Positions 39,101 through 52,162 of a stretch of DNA of 64,000 nucleotides are shown here, in pieces. Within the stretch, counting starts at the first letter, position 1; the number at the start of each line of letters is the position of its first letter. The notes beneath the pieces are model-generated. The model was not told the DNA's origin and did not search any database. It saw nothing but the letters and a program-made list of their open reading frames with translations. Where the stretch lies: contig MQRK01237436.1 in NCBI GenBank assembly GCA_001938485.1, positions 11,485-75,484 on the forward strand, given 5' to 3'. Source of the stretch: Girardia tigrina (taxonomy: Eukaryota). The translations under genes were made by a program, and so were the position numbers.

Positions 39101-42100
39101 GAAATGTTTTAGGGAATGGAAAGGAGAACTCATTTGAAAATAGGGGAGGTAATTAGAAAGAACTTTTGATTAATACATTAACTGTGTTTCCTAACATCTT
39201 TCCAATACTTCATTAATTTTTTTTTATTTTTTTAATATTTTTCTATGTTATCTCTGAGAAAGATGATATTGATCTAATGAAAACCTCTCTAGAGAAATGT
39301 GCGGTAATTTTTAAAAAAACTTTTAAAATTTTAAAATTAATTACATTTCAATAAAGATTCACTTGATATTACTTTTTTTACGCATTCTTTTTGATTTATG
39401 TAATATTATTTCACTTTTTGTAAAAAAAATGCTTTCATCGTTTATGCAAGTTACTTCAATATGAAGAGAAGTACGACTGATAAGACATTTAAAAATAAAC
39501 ATTTATGAAGAACAAAAGTTAGACTGATTATGGAAACAAAGCCCCGTCGGGGTAAATATATAATGATGACCAGGTAAAAATTATAAATCAAGAGTCATAT
39601 AGGCCCCTGTTACATAAATTAAATTACCAAACAACAAAACTTGAGATAACAACGGGTTGTTTGTATCTAAATAGATAATTTAATAGAGATATGATTTTAA
39701 TAACTGTTGATATTTATAAATTACGAAATTAGATTATGTTTCAATATCCCGTGGTCGTGGTAGCATTAACTGACAAATTTTGAACATTTTTTTTAACAAA
39801 AAGGTCTTTACATGTACTATGTCCAAAGTTGTTTGTTATCATATGTTTTTTTTTCATTTTCTTTGAAGGTCGAAAAGAAGTACCGCAGTATTTATGACAA
39901 ATTAATTCATATTTTAGGGACTATAAATCATCTAGTAATAGTCAGCCATCATTTTGGACTCTGCTATTCTTTGAAATTGTGGCGGGTAAAATCTTTCATA
40001 TTGTTTATCTGTAATTGATTTCATCTCGGATATTAAAAAGTAAATGCCATCATTTCATCGCCATAACTTGAAACGTAGTAGCTCTTACTCTGTAAGCCGT
40101 TGTGTTTGTTCCAGCTGCTAAAACTTCATATTATTTTAGTATGGTTTCAATAAGATAGAAATCGTCTTTGGTTAACTTTTGACAAAACTTTTGAGTTGAT
40201 CTTGATTGATGGTTTTAAATATGTGTTCCACATAATCCGGTCTTTAATCGGCTTCCGTATGACTACTGATTTTGATACTTCATCATTGCTATCACAATCG
40301 ATATTTAAATCATTCGATGGAACAGGAGACACTTCTCTTCATTGATATAGTATTAACAGTACTGCTGGAAGTTAATCAGGGTTATGAATAAAATGAGCTA
40401 CATTCTTACTGTGATCGTGCACATTCGTCTAATAAAGTAATTATCGGCCACATGATTCTTCTGCTCATGCCTAGGCGTATGAGTTGAAATTATGACTTAT
40501 TTCAGTTTTCCTGAGGACCATTGAGAGAGGCCAGAAAAGCATTTCTGTCAGACCTATTCGGGCGAAACTTATTTTGGTCTCTCATTTTTGTTTTAAAGTA
40601 TTTAAAAAATGGAATGAAATTTTGGAAATGATGAACCTTAAAATATATATTTTCACAAACATATCAACATTTATTGAAATTGTTGACCCATTTAATTTTT
40701 AATAATTGAGTAATAATATTTTAAAATAACTTACAAAAAAATTATATTATGAATTTCAGTATAAATTAGATGTAAATAAAGTAAACAACATTTGATTGTT
40801 ATTTTTATTTTTTACAATTTATTTTTTAGTTCAACGTGTAAGCATCGAACTAGGTTTTAAAATATAAAAAATATAATTATCATTTTTTTCAGTTTATCAA
40901 AAATCTGAGAGAAAAGCAAGAAAATGACTCTCATTTTCGTGCTTAAGATCAAAAAAGTTAAAGACTTCTTGGTCTAAATTTAATTATCGGGTAATGTTAA
41001 TAACAAAACTATGAACATCAAGTTCACACATGTTCTTTTATATAGTTAACAATAAAAAAATTTAAAAAAATTAACTATTATTTATAAATATCTTCATTAC
41101 AAAATATACTCTAAATTCGATACAAATAAACTAAAAAAATAATTAAATGATTCGTTTTCTTCCAAGAAAAATTTATTAAGAACATTTGTTTGTTTATTTG
41201 ATAATATTTATCTTTACTTGTCAATTGTTAACTATTCGGCAAGCAATGTTTCTGTTTTAGATCGAGTGATAATTGTATAAATTATTATTTGTTTTATTTA
41301 TATTATTATACAGAAAACTTTTAAACGGTTGTAAAACGTCATAAAAAGGCGTCAAATAATAATTAGTATTTTTTTATTTTTAAATGGTCATATATATATA
41401 TATATATANNNNNNNNNNNNNNNNNNNNNNNNNNNNNNNNNNNNNNNNNNNNNNNNNNTCGCATATTATAAACAACAATAATTACTCAGATTTACCTTTT
41501 CTTGTTTAGTTTATGCGGAAATTTTCTATTTTTTTATTCACACAATTTATTTCTATAAAATTTTAAAATAAAATATTTTTATAGAGAAAAACTATTTTCC
41601 TGTTTTTTTAAAAGAGATTTCTCTATGTACAAAAACAGTTTCTTTCAAAATATTTGAATTAAAAAAAATAACAATAAAATTTTTTTACAGATTGTTTAAG
41701 AAGATATTTTAAACAAAAGCAAAAGATTTGTTTTATTTTTTTTATTACCTCAGATCTAATCGGTGTTTTTTTTTCCAATTTTCTTACTTAATAAAATCAA
41801 AATAATTTGATCAATTAAATAAATACTATTTTACTAATAAAATAATTACATGTTTAATAAATTTTTTGCAGACAATTAAAATAATAAATAAATTAAATAT
41901 ATGAGAAATAATGTGATCATTAAAACATTGCTAACTAATGAGAAAAATTTAATAAAGAATTTATATATAAAAAATCATTAAATTAAAAATGTCATTAATT
42001 ATTAAAATATAAAGAGAAATATTAAAAATAATATTATATAAAAACCTTTAAAAGATTTTTCTATGTTTATTGTTTTTATTATTATTATTATTATATAATT

Positions 42101-43744
42101 ATTTATCATTTGTCACAAAAACCAATTAATAATTTTTATTTATTTATTTATATTATTTTTTCAAATTGTATTAAAAGGAACCCTAACATTTAATTAAAAT
42201 ATAATTTTTTTCACGTCAAAAAATATAAGAAAAACAGATAAATCGGAAGAAAAAGATAAACAAATGATTAAGTAATAAAAAAACTAACCTCAAAAAATTC
42301 TAATAATCCATTTGTGATAAATGTATAATATTTTGTATAATCATTCTACATTTTTTTCATATTTCACCAATCAGAATTGAGAATTAATATTTAAACAAGA
42401 CAACCTCATAATTTTCGTCAAACAGGCAAAATTGAATAATTGTTTGATTTTTTTTCCAAAAAGTATAAAAGTATAAATTTTTAAAAGAAGAAAAATAGAT
42501 TGTTTTTAATTATTTAGAAATTAATATATATTTTATTATATCAATAAAATAATATATTGCTTTTTCGACAATAGTAATAAAAAAATAATAAAATAAATAA
42601 ATAAAACATTTGTGATTGGGAAAAATAAAACCTTTAAATTAATTAATATTTAATTTACATTGTTTTTATTTTTGTGAAAGATCAAGTCAAATTGGAGGAT
42701 CTGGAAGTTGTTTGGTTAAAATAAAAGCCGATATTCAAATTAAAAATAATTTGAAAACGATTTCCAAATATTTGTTTGTTTTGATTGTATACTCACAGTT
42801 GATATATTTTTATAACTTGAGTAAAGGAATATTTTAACTTATATTCTTACTCAAAGTTTTCTTTTTCATATGCATTTATGTTTATTTTGCATTGTAAGAG
42901 GATGTACGGATAATAGTCCTAAACTTCTTTTAACTGTGTACAGTATTTAGGTGAAAGAAGATTTAGATTTTGTTGGCACATATATAACGTCATTAGACTC
43001 GACCAGAAATAATTACTTTATAATATATTTTTATATTTTTAGTATTTAAATAAATTGCTTTATTTGATTATTTCATCAGAACTTATCTAGAAACGTTTAA
43101 TTATAAAGCGTTATAAAGTTTTTGCTTTTGAAGAAAATTAGCAGCAAAGAAATTTTCGCACAACTTCTGGATGTTTAGAAGATACCATTTGAAACTAGAT
43201 TCGGGATTTTGAAATTGGACGCACTAGTATTATTGATTTGTTTAATGGGAAGAGAAATTGAATACATTTTCCTATTCCATCAACTTTATAAAATAATCAA
43301 ATATAAAGAGATGAGGAGTATTTATTAATCAGAACAATAAACATCCGGGTGTTATAGTGAATTGTTAAATCATTCGGTTATAAAAAAATAGATTGAGAAT
43401 CGGATTTTCCAAAACAACAATAATCTCTACCTACGTAAATATCTTATATATTATACTTTATACTTCATCCTCTGACGAGTCTTAATCAGAGGTGAATTAG
43501 TTGACCTCATCGTTGAGTTGCTCATGTCTGTATGAGTATGAATTGAGCAACTCATTTTGGACTACTGATAGACTTTGTCTACTTATGCTTCTATTAGGAA
43601 CTCTTCTATATTCTAACCTTTGTCCATATTTTTGTGGTGTCTATTGGTTTTAATTGTATTCGCTTCAGTTTTGTCCGAGGATTCCTAGACATTTTTCATC
43701 TCTATGACATGTCCATTGTGCCTAAAAATATTTGACAATTAATA

Positions 43745-44951
43745 TTAGGTGTACAAGTATGAAATGCGGATTAAATTTTGAAAAGAAATACGTTAAAAAC
43801 AAAAGAACGATAAAAAAAACTTTATTCAAAATATGCTCCATTACTAATGATACATTTGTCNNNNNNNNNNNNNNNNNNNNNNNNNNNNNNNNNNNNNNNN
43901 NNNNNNNNNNNNNNNNNNNNNNNNNNNNNNNNNNNNNNNNNNNNNNNNNNNNNNNNNNNNNNNNNNNNNNNNNNNNNNNNNNNNNNNNNNNNNNNNNNNN
44001 NNNNNNNNNNNNNNNNNNNNNNNNNNNNNNNNNNNNNNNNNNNNNNNNNNNNNNNNNNNNNNNNNNNNNNNNNNNNNNNNNNNNNNNNNNNNNNNNNNNN
44101 NNNNNNNNNNNNNNNNNNNNNNNNNNNNNNNNNNNNNNNNNNNNNNNNNNNNNNNNNNNNNNNNNNNNNNNNNNNNNNNNNNNNNNNNNNNNNNNNNNNN
44201 NNNNNNNNNNNNNNNNNNNNNNNNNNNNNNNNNNNNNNNNNNNNNNNNNNNNNNNNNNNNNNNNNNNNNNNNNNNNNNNNNNNNNNNNNNNNNNNNNNNN
44301 NNNNNNNNNNNNNNNNNNNNNNNNNNNNNNNNNNNNNNNNNNNNNNNNNNNNNNNNNNNNNNNNNNNNNNNNNNNNNNNNNNNNNNNNNNNNNNNNNNNN
44401 NNNNNNNNNNNNNNNNNNNNNNNNNNNNNNNNNNNNNNNNNNNNNNNNNNNNNNNNNNNNNNNNNNNNNNNNNNNNNNNNNNNNNNNNNNNNNNNNNNNN
44501 NNNNNNNNNNNNNNNNNNNNNNNNNNNNNNNNNNNNNNNNNNNNNNNNNNNNNNNNNNNNNNNNNNNNNNNNNNNNNNNNNNNNNNNNNNNNNNNNNNNN
44601 NNNNNNNNNNNNNNNNNNNNNNNNNNNNNNNNNNNNNNNNNNNNNNNNNNNNNNNNNNNNNNNNNNNNNNNNNNNNNNNNNNNNNNNNNNNNNNNNNNNN
44701 NNNNNNNNNNNNNNNNNNNNNNNNNNNNNNNNNNNNNNNNNNNNNNNNNNNNNNNNNNNNNNNNNNNNNNNNNNNNNNNNNNNNNNNNNNNNNNNNNNNN
44801 NNNNNNNNNNNNNNNNNNTCAATTTATGAGTTACGTATGAGACACTACATAATTACTCAATATTATGACATCATTGCCTAACCATTGACCTACTTTTTGC
44901 ATTGTGCACAATCCGTTTTCTGAAATCCGCATTTCATGCTTGTACACCTAA
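43745..44951 (-). mobile_element. Mariner transposon (mauritiana-like TIRs) with interior mostly N gap
   Basis: 28-bp TIRs TTAGGTGTACAAG(T/C)ATGAAATGCGGATT and TA TSD; C-terminal DKCIISNGAYFE* lies next to the gap. Confidence 0.92.
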
Positions 44952-45047
44952 TATTAAGCATGCAATATGTTGCGGTCGAAAAATAATAGAATAATACATC
45001 ACACATGCAATATAAAAAGGAAAAAGAAAACAGAGAGTATTAATACA

Positions 45048-45690
45048 TTTATTAAATCGAAAAATAAATCCATGGATCGCTTTGGGTTTATCGTGTCAAA
45101 GGGGGGCAGCATTGTGTCGCAGCTAAAAAACGATAAATGAAGAAAATTAGACAAGAGAATCGAAAACTTACTCGATAGGCAGGACCAAATGAGATGATAA
45201 GCTTTTGGGACCAAACTGTAGAACCCCGAAAGCCTTGGGAGGAGGTGGCCGCTCTAAAAGATAAAATAATTAATTAGAAAAGACCCAAATTGAATTAAGG
45301 TACCTCATGGGCGACCCGTTGTCTTTTAGGGGTCATCCGATACCCCACGTGTAGCTTATAATGAGACCGGTCCCTGGGTGTGGTCCGCGAAGCCATGACA
45401 TCTTCCTGAAGAGGGTTATACCCCTGCAAAGAAATACAAATTAAATAAAGCCAGACAAAGGCTAATTAATAAACAAAGACAGTAAATAAAACTTACGATG
45501 ATTCAGGCCATGAATAAAGCACGGTGTCACACGATGAACAGTCATCGGTGACAAAGAGGCCTTGTGATTAACGGTCATTGTCAGACACACGGCCTAGCAA
45601 CACCAGCCCTGGCGAATCCTAGTTCGAGATTGGTGGCATCAACCAACCAGATACAGCCACGGAAAATATGTCGCAACAAACGCAACATTG
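45048..45690 (-). other. Predicted four-exon spliced antisense transcript (small ORF or lncRNA) within the LTR-like region
   Basis: Introns 45496-45424, 45303-45254 and 45171-45123 with canonical GT...AG. Spliced ORF from ATG 45396 to TAA 45088 (69 aa); AATAAA at 45053-45048. Confidence 0.6.
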
Positions 45691-47527
45691 AGTGTTATAA
45701 ATATAACACTCACTCGGACCAGTTTCACAACTTGCTATCACAATTTTACAGCAAAATTTTTAACACAATTTTACAGTACCTTTTTCACACTATTATTTTC
45801 ACTCTTGACGATTCAACTTGCAAAATCCGACGAGGAACCCAGCACGAAGAGAACGACGAATAAGAACAACCACAAAACCCGAAACGATATACGGCTTCGA
45901 AATAGTATTCGACGCCAGGACGATACATACGAAAAGGACCGATCGACCGAGGCATTCAACGGCTTGTGAAACTTTCGCCGATTGTAAATTTTATTTTTTT
46001 TATTATGTTGAGTTTTTGTGGATTTTAGTTTGTCTTTTATCACCAATAAACGTATTAAACGCTACTATTATTATTTATTTTTTTTGTATTTGATTTTCTC
46101 CATTTATTTATTATTAGCACTACTAATTGAATTTGTTTAGAGAATTTGCTTAATGATTAAGTTTTATAGTAAATACTTGTTTACCGTTTCCGAGTAAGGT
46201 AACCCGTCGTCGCCGCCTTCTGATATACCCCGAGAGGATTTGCGCTCGAATGCGCGATGGAAAAATTTCGGCGGCCACGCCGACCCGATAATTGTTGACA
46301 TTGCATCGGTGCCCCTCGAAGTGTTCCTTCGAGAGAGTTGCGCCAGGTTGAACGTCGAAAAAACAGAAGCGAGAACGTGCCCGCGCAAGTCGCATGATTG
46401 TTTTTAAGATATTTATTGAATATAGTTTTCCGTAATATTAGTTTATTATTAATTCATTTTAGTGTTTTGTTCTACTTGATTTTTTGTGACTCATAAGCAG
46501 TTAAGTATATTGAATTTCGCGGAGCGCTAAACTAAATGAAATGGGTGAATATTTATCAAAAGTATAGCGAGAGTGCTGATTAAGAGTTTTTATAGACAAT
46601 TCGGTATTTTATTAAGAATAAAGTCTAATGAATATTAAGAAATTGATGGAAGGATTGTATTATCTATGAAATTGTATATATATATATATTGAATTGAATT
46701 TTACGATCAAATTATTATTGTGGGAATCTTATAAACGACTTGCTCCGACAAAATTTCTTAAGCGCATTTTGGGTAAGGGAAATATTTATATTTCGAGCAG
46801 ATTTAATTTTACGAAATTTAGCGATTAGGAGTAATGTTCAAGAGCAATAATTTAATCAAGTTTTATGAAATAACAATTCTGTAACTTAGTTTTTATGAAG
46901 TGAAATAATTTAGTCCGTCAGGAACGTTTTGATCGAAATTACAGTTATTGAGATATGAGTCCATGAAAACTAAACAATTTAAATCGGTAAGAGTAGTTAG
47001 AAAATAAAATAATAAAATCGAGTGATGAAATTTACAGAATTTATTTAGTGCTGTTGTTGATGGTCCACTTGAAGGCACCTTTTAAGAATTAAGACGGTTA
47101 ACGATTATATTTGTGGTTTAGCAGATTTTCCTAGTTAAGGCAAGGACAATTTTAATATAAGCCCATAATTAAATTAGGGATAAAACCTCGAGAGACAAGC
47201 GAACGTAATCTATTTGATAGAATTTGTTAGTACAGATAAATGCGAGTTGCTCATCGTAGAAATTAAGGTATCAATTTTTAGCTAGAAAGGAAAATCATCC
47301 CCGAACGACACGCCGCTAGGTGGGGGGCCCATAGCCCATCCCGTCTTTATTCGAACCCGCAGGCCCTTCAGACTCGGCACTGCTAGGCAGATGTCGGGCG
47401 AGAAGAGGCGTCCGACCCTCTAACGTAAAAATGATATATAGACATTCGTAGTTGAGAGTAGATTCAGACTGGGTTGTGACTGACCCTTAATAGTCACTGG
47501 GGGCTCTGAGCACGCAAAATTGTTACA
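45113..47527 (+). mobile_element. Probable large (~2.4 kb) 3' LTR of a giant LTR retrotransposon
   Basis: PPT-like AAAGGGGGG (45098-45106) shortly before TGTG; TATAAA at 45697 with Inr-like CAGTTT at about 45720; AATAAA at about 46045; CpG-rich downstream part; ends ...TGTTACA. No second copy in the window. Confidence 0.55.
45689..45712. promoter_or_regulatory. Palindromic TATA element, candidate bidirectional core promoter
   Basis: TGAGTGTTATA-AA-TATAACACTCA, a perfect 11-bp inverted repeat. Confidence 0.5.
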
Positions 47528-49989
47528 AACAAATGGGTCGTGACAAATAGCACTGATTCCAATCCTCTTCAGGGGAATCCCCAGACTTGTCATAATACTG
47601 ATACTTCTCTTTTGTCATGTCCCGGTACATCAGATCTAGGAAGCATGGTTCATTACAGGTTTATTCAGTATTGCTCGTTGACAGACGTTTGTCAAGGACA
47701 TGAAGTAATCCAGGTTCTAAGTATTGATGTAAGCCATGTGTTCTTGAGCGTCGTGAAAATATAGTGTTCCGCCTTGGTTCCATGATTTATAGGTCTACCG
47801 AGTCTTGAGACGGAACATATGTCGACACAACATTTATATGCATTTGACAATCTAGATTTTGTAATATCTCTTCCGTTCAAAAGTACAAGACAGCATTATG
47901 CAGGTACTTTTTAAACTCGACACTATAAGAACAGTCCGTCAAGACGTGCACCAGTCTCCTTATTATGTTTATATCTTCTGCATTGCCTCACTATTTTACA
48001 AATACGATTTCAATGGTTGACGGGCCAATGGTTGAGAAAGTACCATTTCCTATCATTCGATCCCCTTCCGTGAACCGCATTCTGAAAAATAACCGTGGAT
48101 ATTAGACTTCATGTGAATTTCCCGTCACTGCTCTCTTTAGGCGCCGAAGAATTCTTGTAATGATTACTTCATTTTTAATAGTAATAAATGTTCAAAATCA
48201 TATTTTAATAAGTTTCTACAATTTATAAGCTTTTATGGACGAAAAATTATGAATTAGTCCTAAAAAAAAATTATTTGTTAGTCCTCAAAATCAACCATAA
48301 TATGAAATATAAAAAATATTTCATCAAATTTGAAGCTACCACACTTTGTATTGCTTTTACTGATTGTTCTTTAACCAAATATTTTACTAAAATCACGAAA
48401 TTTCTGCTCAACAGTCTCAAGAAATTTTTTTTCTCAAAATAGAAATGATAAAAGATAGTATAATGCTTCGTACACATTTTTATCAACTAAAAAGAAAGAA
48501 GAATTAAAAGAAAAAAATAAACTAAATGCTAATTTTTAAAATACAGTAGAAAAGGAAAAATAAATAAATTTAAACCGTATATCAAGGCAATACTTGAGTA
48601 TTTAGGTTTAGGTTTGCTTTGCTTTAGACTTAGGGTTAGGATTAGAATTAAAAACAAATTTTAGAATCAAAAATAATATTTTATTATATATTAGTATGAT
48701 GATTAGACTTACATTCTAAAGATATTAAAAAAATAAACTGAAAAATATGAAATTAACAAATTAATGAAGTTTTATTAGAAACTTTATTTGAAATTTCGTC
48801 AGAAAATATGATAATTGGCACTTGAGAAATTCTCACAGCTCCTTCTTAATGACTTCACTTCGAATAATTTAAATAACAAACAATGGCTTCATTGGTAAAA
48901 GAGGCTTTTAAAGACTATCTGAAAATTCAAGTAAATTAAAGTTATATTCAAATAAAAGAGGCTCTACAATTGTTGCTTGAAGAAAACGAATTTTCTAAAG
49001 AAAAAAAATTTAAAATTTTTTTTTGAAATTGCATAAAATTGAACATAAAAATTATGAGAAAAAAATAATATTTGAGTGACAATTGCGTTTATTGATTTTA
49101 GAAAAATAAATAAATATTTTTACATTTTTAAAATATTATTTATATAATATATTTTAATTATTATTTTATTTATTTATATAAATATTTATTATATTAATAT
49201 AAATTATATTTTGCAATATCTATAAATGGAAATATTTAAATATTTAATCATTTAACTTAAAACTTATTTTCATTTTAATGGAAGTAAAAATAAATTTTGA
49301 CAAAATTAATTAATCAATATTTTTTTTGCTTTTTTGGAAATTAGAATTTTTCAAGAAACGGAATTACAAAATTTTTATATATCAAAGAACCATTAACTTT
49401 TCTTGTTCAAAAGAGGAAATTATCCGTAAATATTTTTGTCTGTCTTCATTGTACTCAAAATGTTTCTCTAATCTTAGTTTTAAGCAGAATTTACAATTAT
49501 TTAATTCAACGTAATCCAAAAATCAAAACGCAAAAGCTATTTGAAGATTTTATCTTATTCATCTAACCTTTAAGCCAGTCAAAATCTAAAGTGGGTGTCT
49601 CACAATGGCTCATTTCTTTCTAGTTTTTATAAAATATTCTACTATTACCGCCGAACAACGCTATGTTATTTTCTTTTGTCCAGTCGCTTAAAAAACTACT
49701 AAGAGGAAGGTGCTTAAATATCGCTAAAATGATTAAGCAGAAATTAATGATTTCCAAAACTTTATAGTTTTTAGAACACACATAAAACATTCAATTATTT
49801 ATTGTAAAATAATCTATTTTTATTTATGCACTGATTTTTTATTTTTATTATTGTCGTTATCGTTGATTGACTTGCCATAAGTTTATGACCACCTGTAAAT
49901 TTTAAGAAAGTAATGCTTCCATATCATATAATTGAGAAATACAACTTGATATAATGGAATATTAGTATTTGGTAGCGTATGTCAACCAT

Positions 49990-50110
49990 TTTATCACTAA
50001 GCAGTCTCTCATTCATAGATGCGATTTATTTTCTGAAAATATCTGGTTCTTTGGCCATGGCAGCCCATTCTGCGAGTAAAGCTTGTTCAACTTTAACTTG
50101 CGTCTATGGT
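49990..50110 (-). mobile_element. Small Tc1 transposase C-terminal fragment
   Basis: VEQALLAEWAAM...IASMNERL resembles the Tc1 LxxxxxEW...LIxSMxxR ending. Confidence 0.35.
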
Positions 50111-50429
50111 CAGATGAGTTTTTTTTAGAACCAGTACGCTTGAGGAACAATTCTTATTTTACTGCCACCAAGCGTTTGGTCCCAAACAACCATGGTAAAT
50201 GGATATAAATGTAAACAAATAAATATAATAAATATCAAATTTTATAAATAATAATTTAAAAAATCGATAAAAAGTAAAATTTTAAATTTAAAGAAAAATT
50301 ATTAAAATAGCAACAAACTAATTAAATAAACGTATTAGTTCCCACCAACTTCCAAAAATAAATTTACCAAAATTAAATCGTCTATAAGAACGGATCTAAA
50401 AGGAAATTTCGACATCTACTTACAGAAAA

Positions 50430-50506
<77 letters not shown>

Positions 50507-51124
50507 NNNNNNNNNNNNNNNNNNNNNNNNNNNNNNNNNNNNNNNNNNNNNNNNNNATATATATATATATATATATATATATTCTAACAAAGAGTAAAAG
50601 AGAAATTTTATTTCAAGCAATGTTTAATAACATAAAAGAGTAAAGTTAAATCAACCTCCTTGTGATCAATTTTGTTGTATGATAAATATCAAGCCATCTT
50701 ATCGTTGGATGTAATTTAATGTACATTATTACAATTAACCATCCGAAACTTTTTTGTTGTTTTTATCTTTCATATATTTCTACATCAAAACATTATGTCG
50801 ATATTTATTTTATTATATGTATTCAACAATTGTTAATTAATACGCACTATTCTGAATTGATTTTCGTATAACCTGTTTATTAATATCTGGATCTTTGGAA
50901 ACCGTCCATCCACATTAAACTTTTTCCGAAACGTTTTATTATAACAAAACGGGAAATAACAATATTTCTTCAAAATCTGCATTTTATGCAACAAACAGTC
51001 ACCTTGTCTTCCGATAAAGACATTCGTCGAATTCTCTGTAATATCGTTATACGTAAAATTACTCCAATTTGAATTGCAACTTTTTAACGAACTCAAATGC
51101 GAGTTTTCATTGTTTTCAAATCGA

Positions 51125-52032
51125 CTTGCGTACTTCGACAGTGCCAATACTGGTTTTCTAAATTTCGTTCTGAAAAATTCCATCTGAAAGATGCACCACG
51201 CTCCGGTCGACCAGTTGAAGTTGATGGCGACAAAATAACAGCACTGATCAAATCTAATCCACGTATGACGACAAGAGAAGTTGCAGAGACTCTGGAAATA
51301 TCAAAATCAAGTGTTGGAAGTCATTTAAAAAAACTTGGATTCGTCAGTAAACTTGATATGTGGTAACCACATGAACTGAAAGAATTTCATTTGGTGAAAC
51401 GTATAGACATTTTTGATTCCCTTTTGAAACGAGTACAAAGTGATCCATTTTTGAACCGCTTGATTACGAGTGACGAAAAATAGATTGTTTACAACAATGT
51501 GGAACGCCGACGATCATGGACAAAACGTGGTGAGCCTCCCAAAACAATCCCAAAAGCAGAAATTCACCAAAAGAAGATTATACTTTTCATCTGATGGGAT
51601 TTTAAAGGAATTGTGTTTTTTGAACTCCTTCCGAGGAATGAAACAATCAATTCAGACAGATATTGTGGTCAGCTGGAGAAATTGGCTCATTCAATTCAAC
51701 AGGAACGTGCTGAATTGGCAAATCGAAAAGGAGTTGTAATTCAGCATGATAACGCTAGACCGCATACAAGTTTGACCACTCGCCAGAAACTCTTATCACT
51801 GGGTTGGGAGGTTTTTCCACACCCACCGGATTCTCCAGACTTGGCCCCATCGGATTTTCACTTATTTAGATCACTGAAGAATTCCTTAAACAGAAAAACA
51901 TTCACCAGTGATAATGACATCAAATCGTTCCTCGACGGCTTTTTTGCTGACAAAGGCAAAGGTTTTTATGAATCAGGAATAATGAAGCTACCGGAAAGGT
52001 GGAAGAAAGTGATTGAAAATAATGGACAGTAT
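51125..52032 (+). mobile_element. Mariner transposon (cecropia/Hsmar1-like), 5' truncated with stops; 3' end in gap
   Basis: WFSKFR...PRSGRP, W*PHEL, TSDEK, HDNARPH, HPPDSPDLAPSDFHLFRSL and ERWKKVIENNGQY. Confidence 0.92.
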
Positions 52033-52123
52033 NNNNNNNNNNNNNNNNNNNNNNNNNNNNNNNNNNNNNNNNNNNNNNNNNNNNNNNNNNNNNNNNNNNN
52101 NNNNNNNNNNNNNNNNNNNNNNC

Positions 52124-52162
<39 letters not shown>

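Noticed and set aside
40080-40140. EVLAAGTNTTA resembling a cytochrome P450 I-helix
   Set aside because: The flanking sequence lacks ExxR, PERF and heme motifs and contains stops.
43472-43500. CTGACGAG as a hammerhead core
   Set aside because: There is no properly placed GAAA/UH; it is better explained as a simple hairpin.
43722-44881. Long ORFs of 344-366 aa in the ORF track
   Set aside because: They are artefacts of translating through the N gap; the same applies to the ORFs at 9918, 14636, 14680, 50420, 51966 and 52013.
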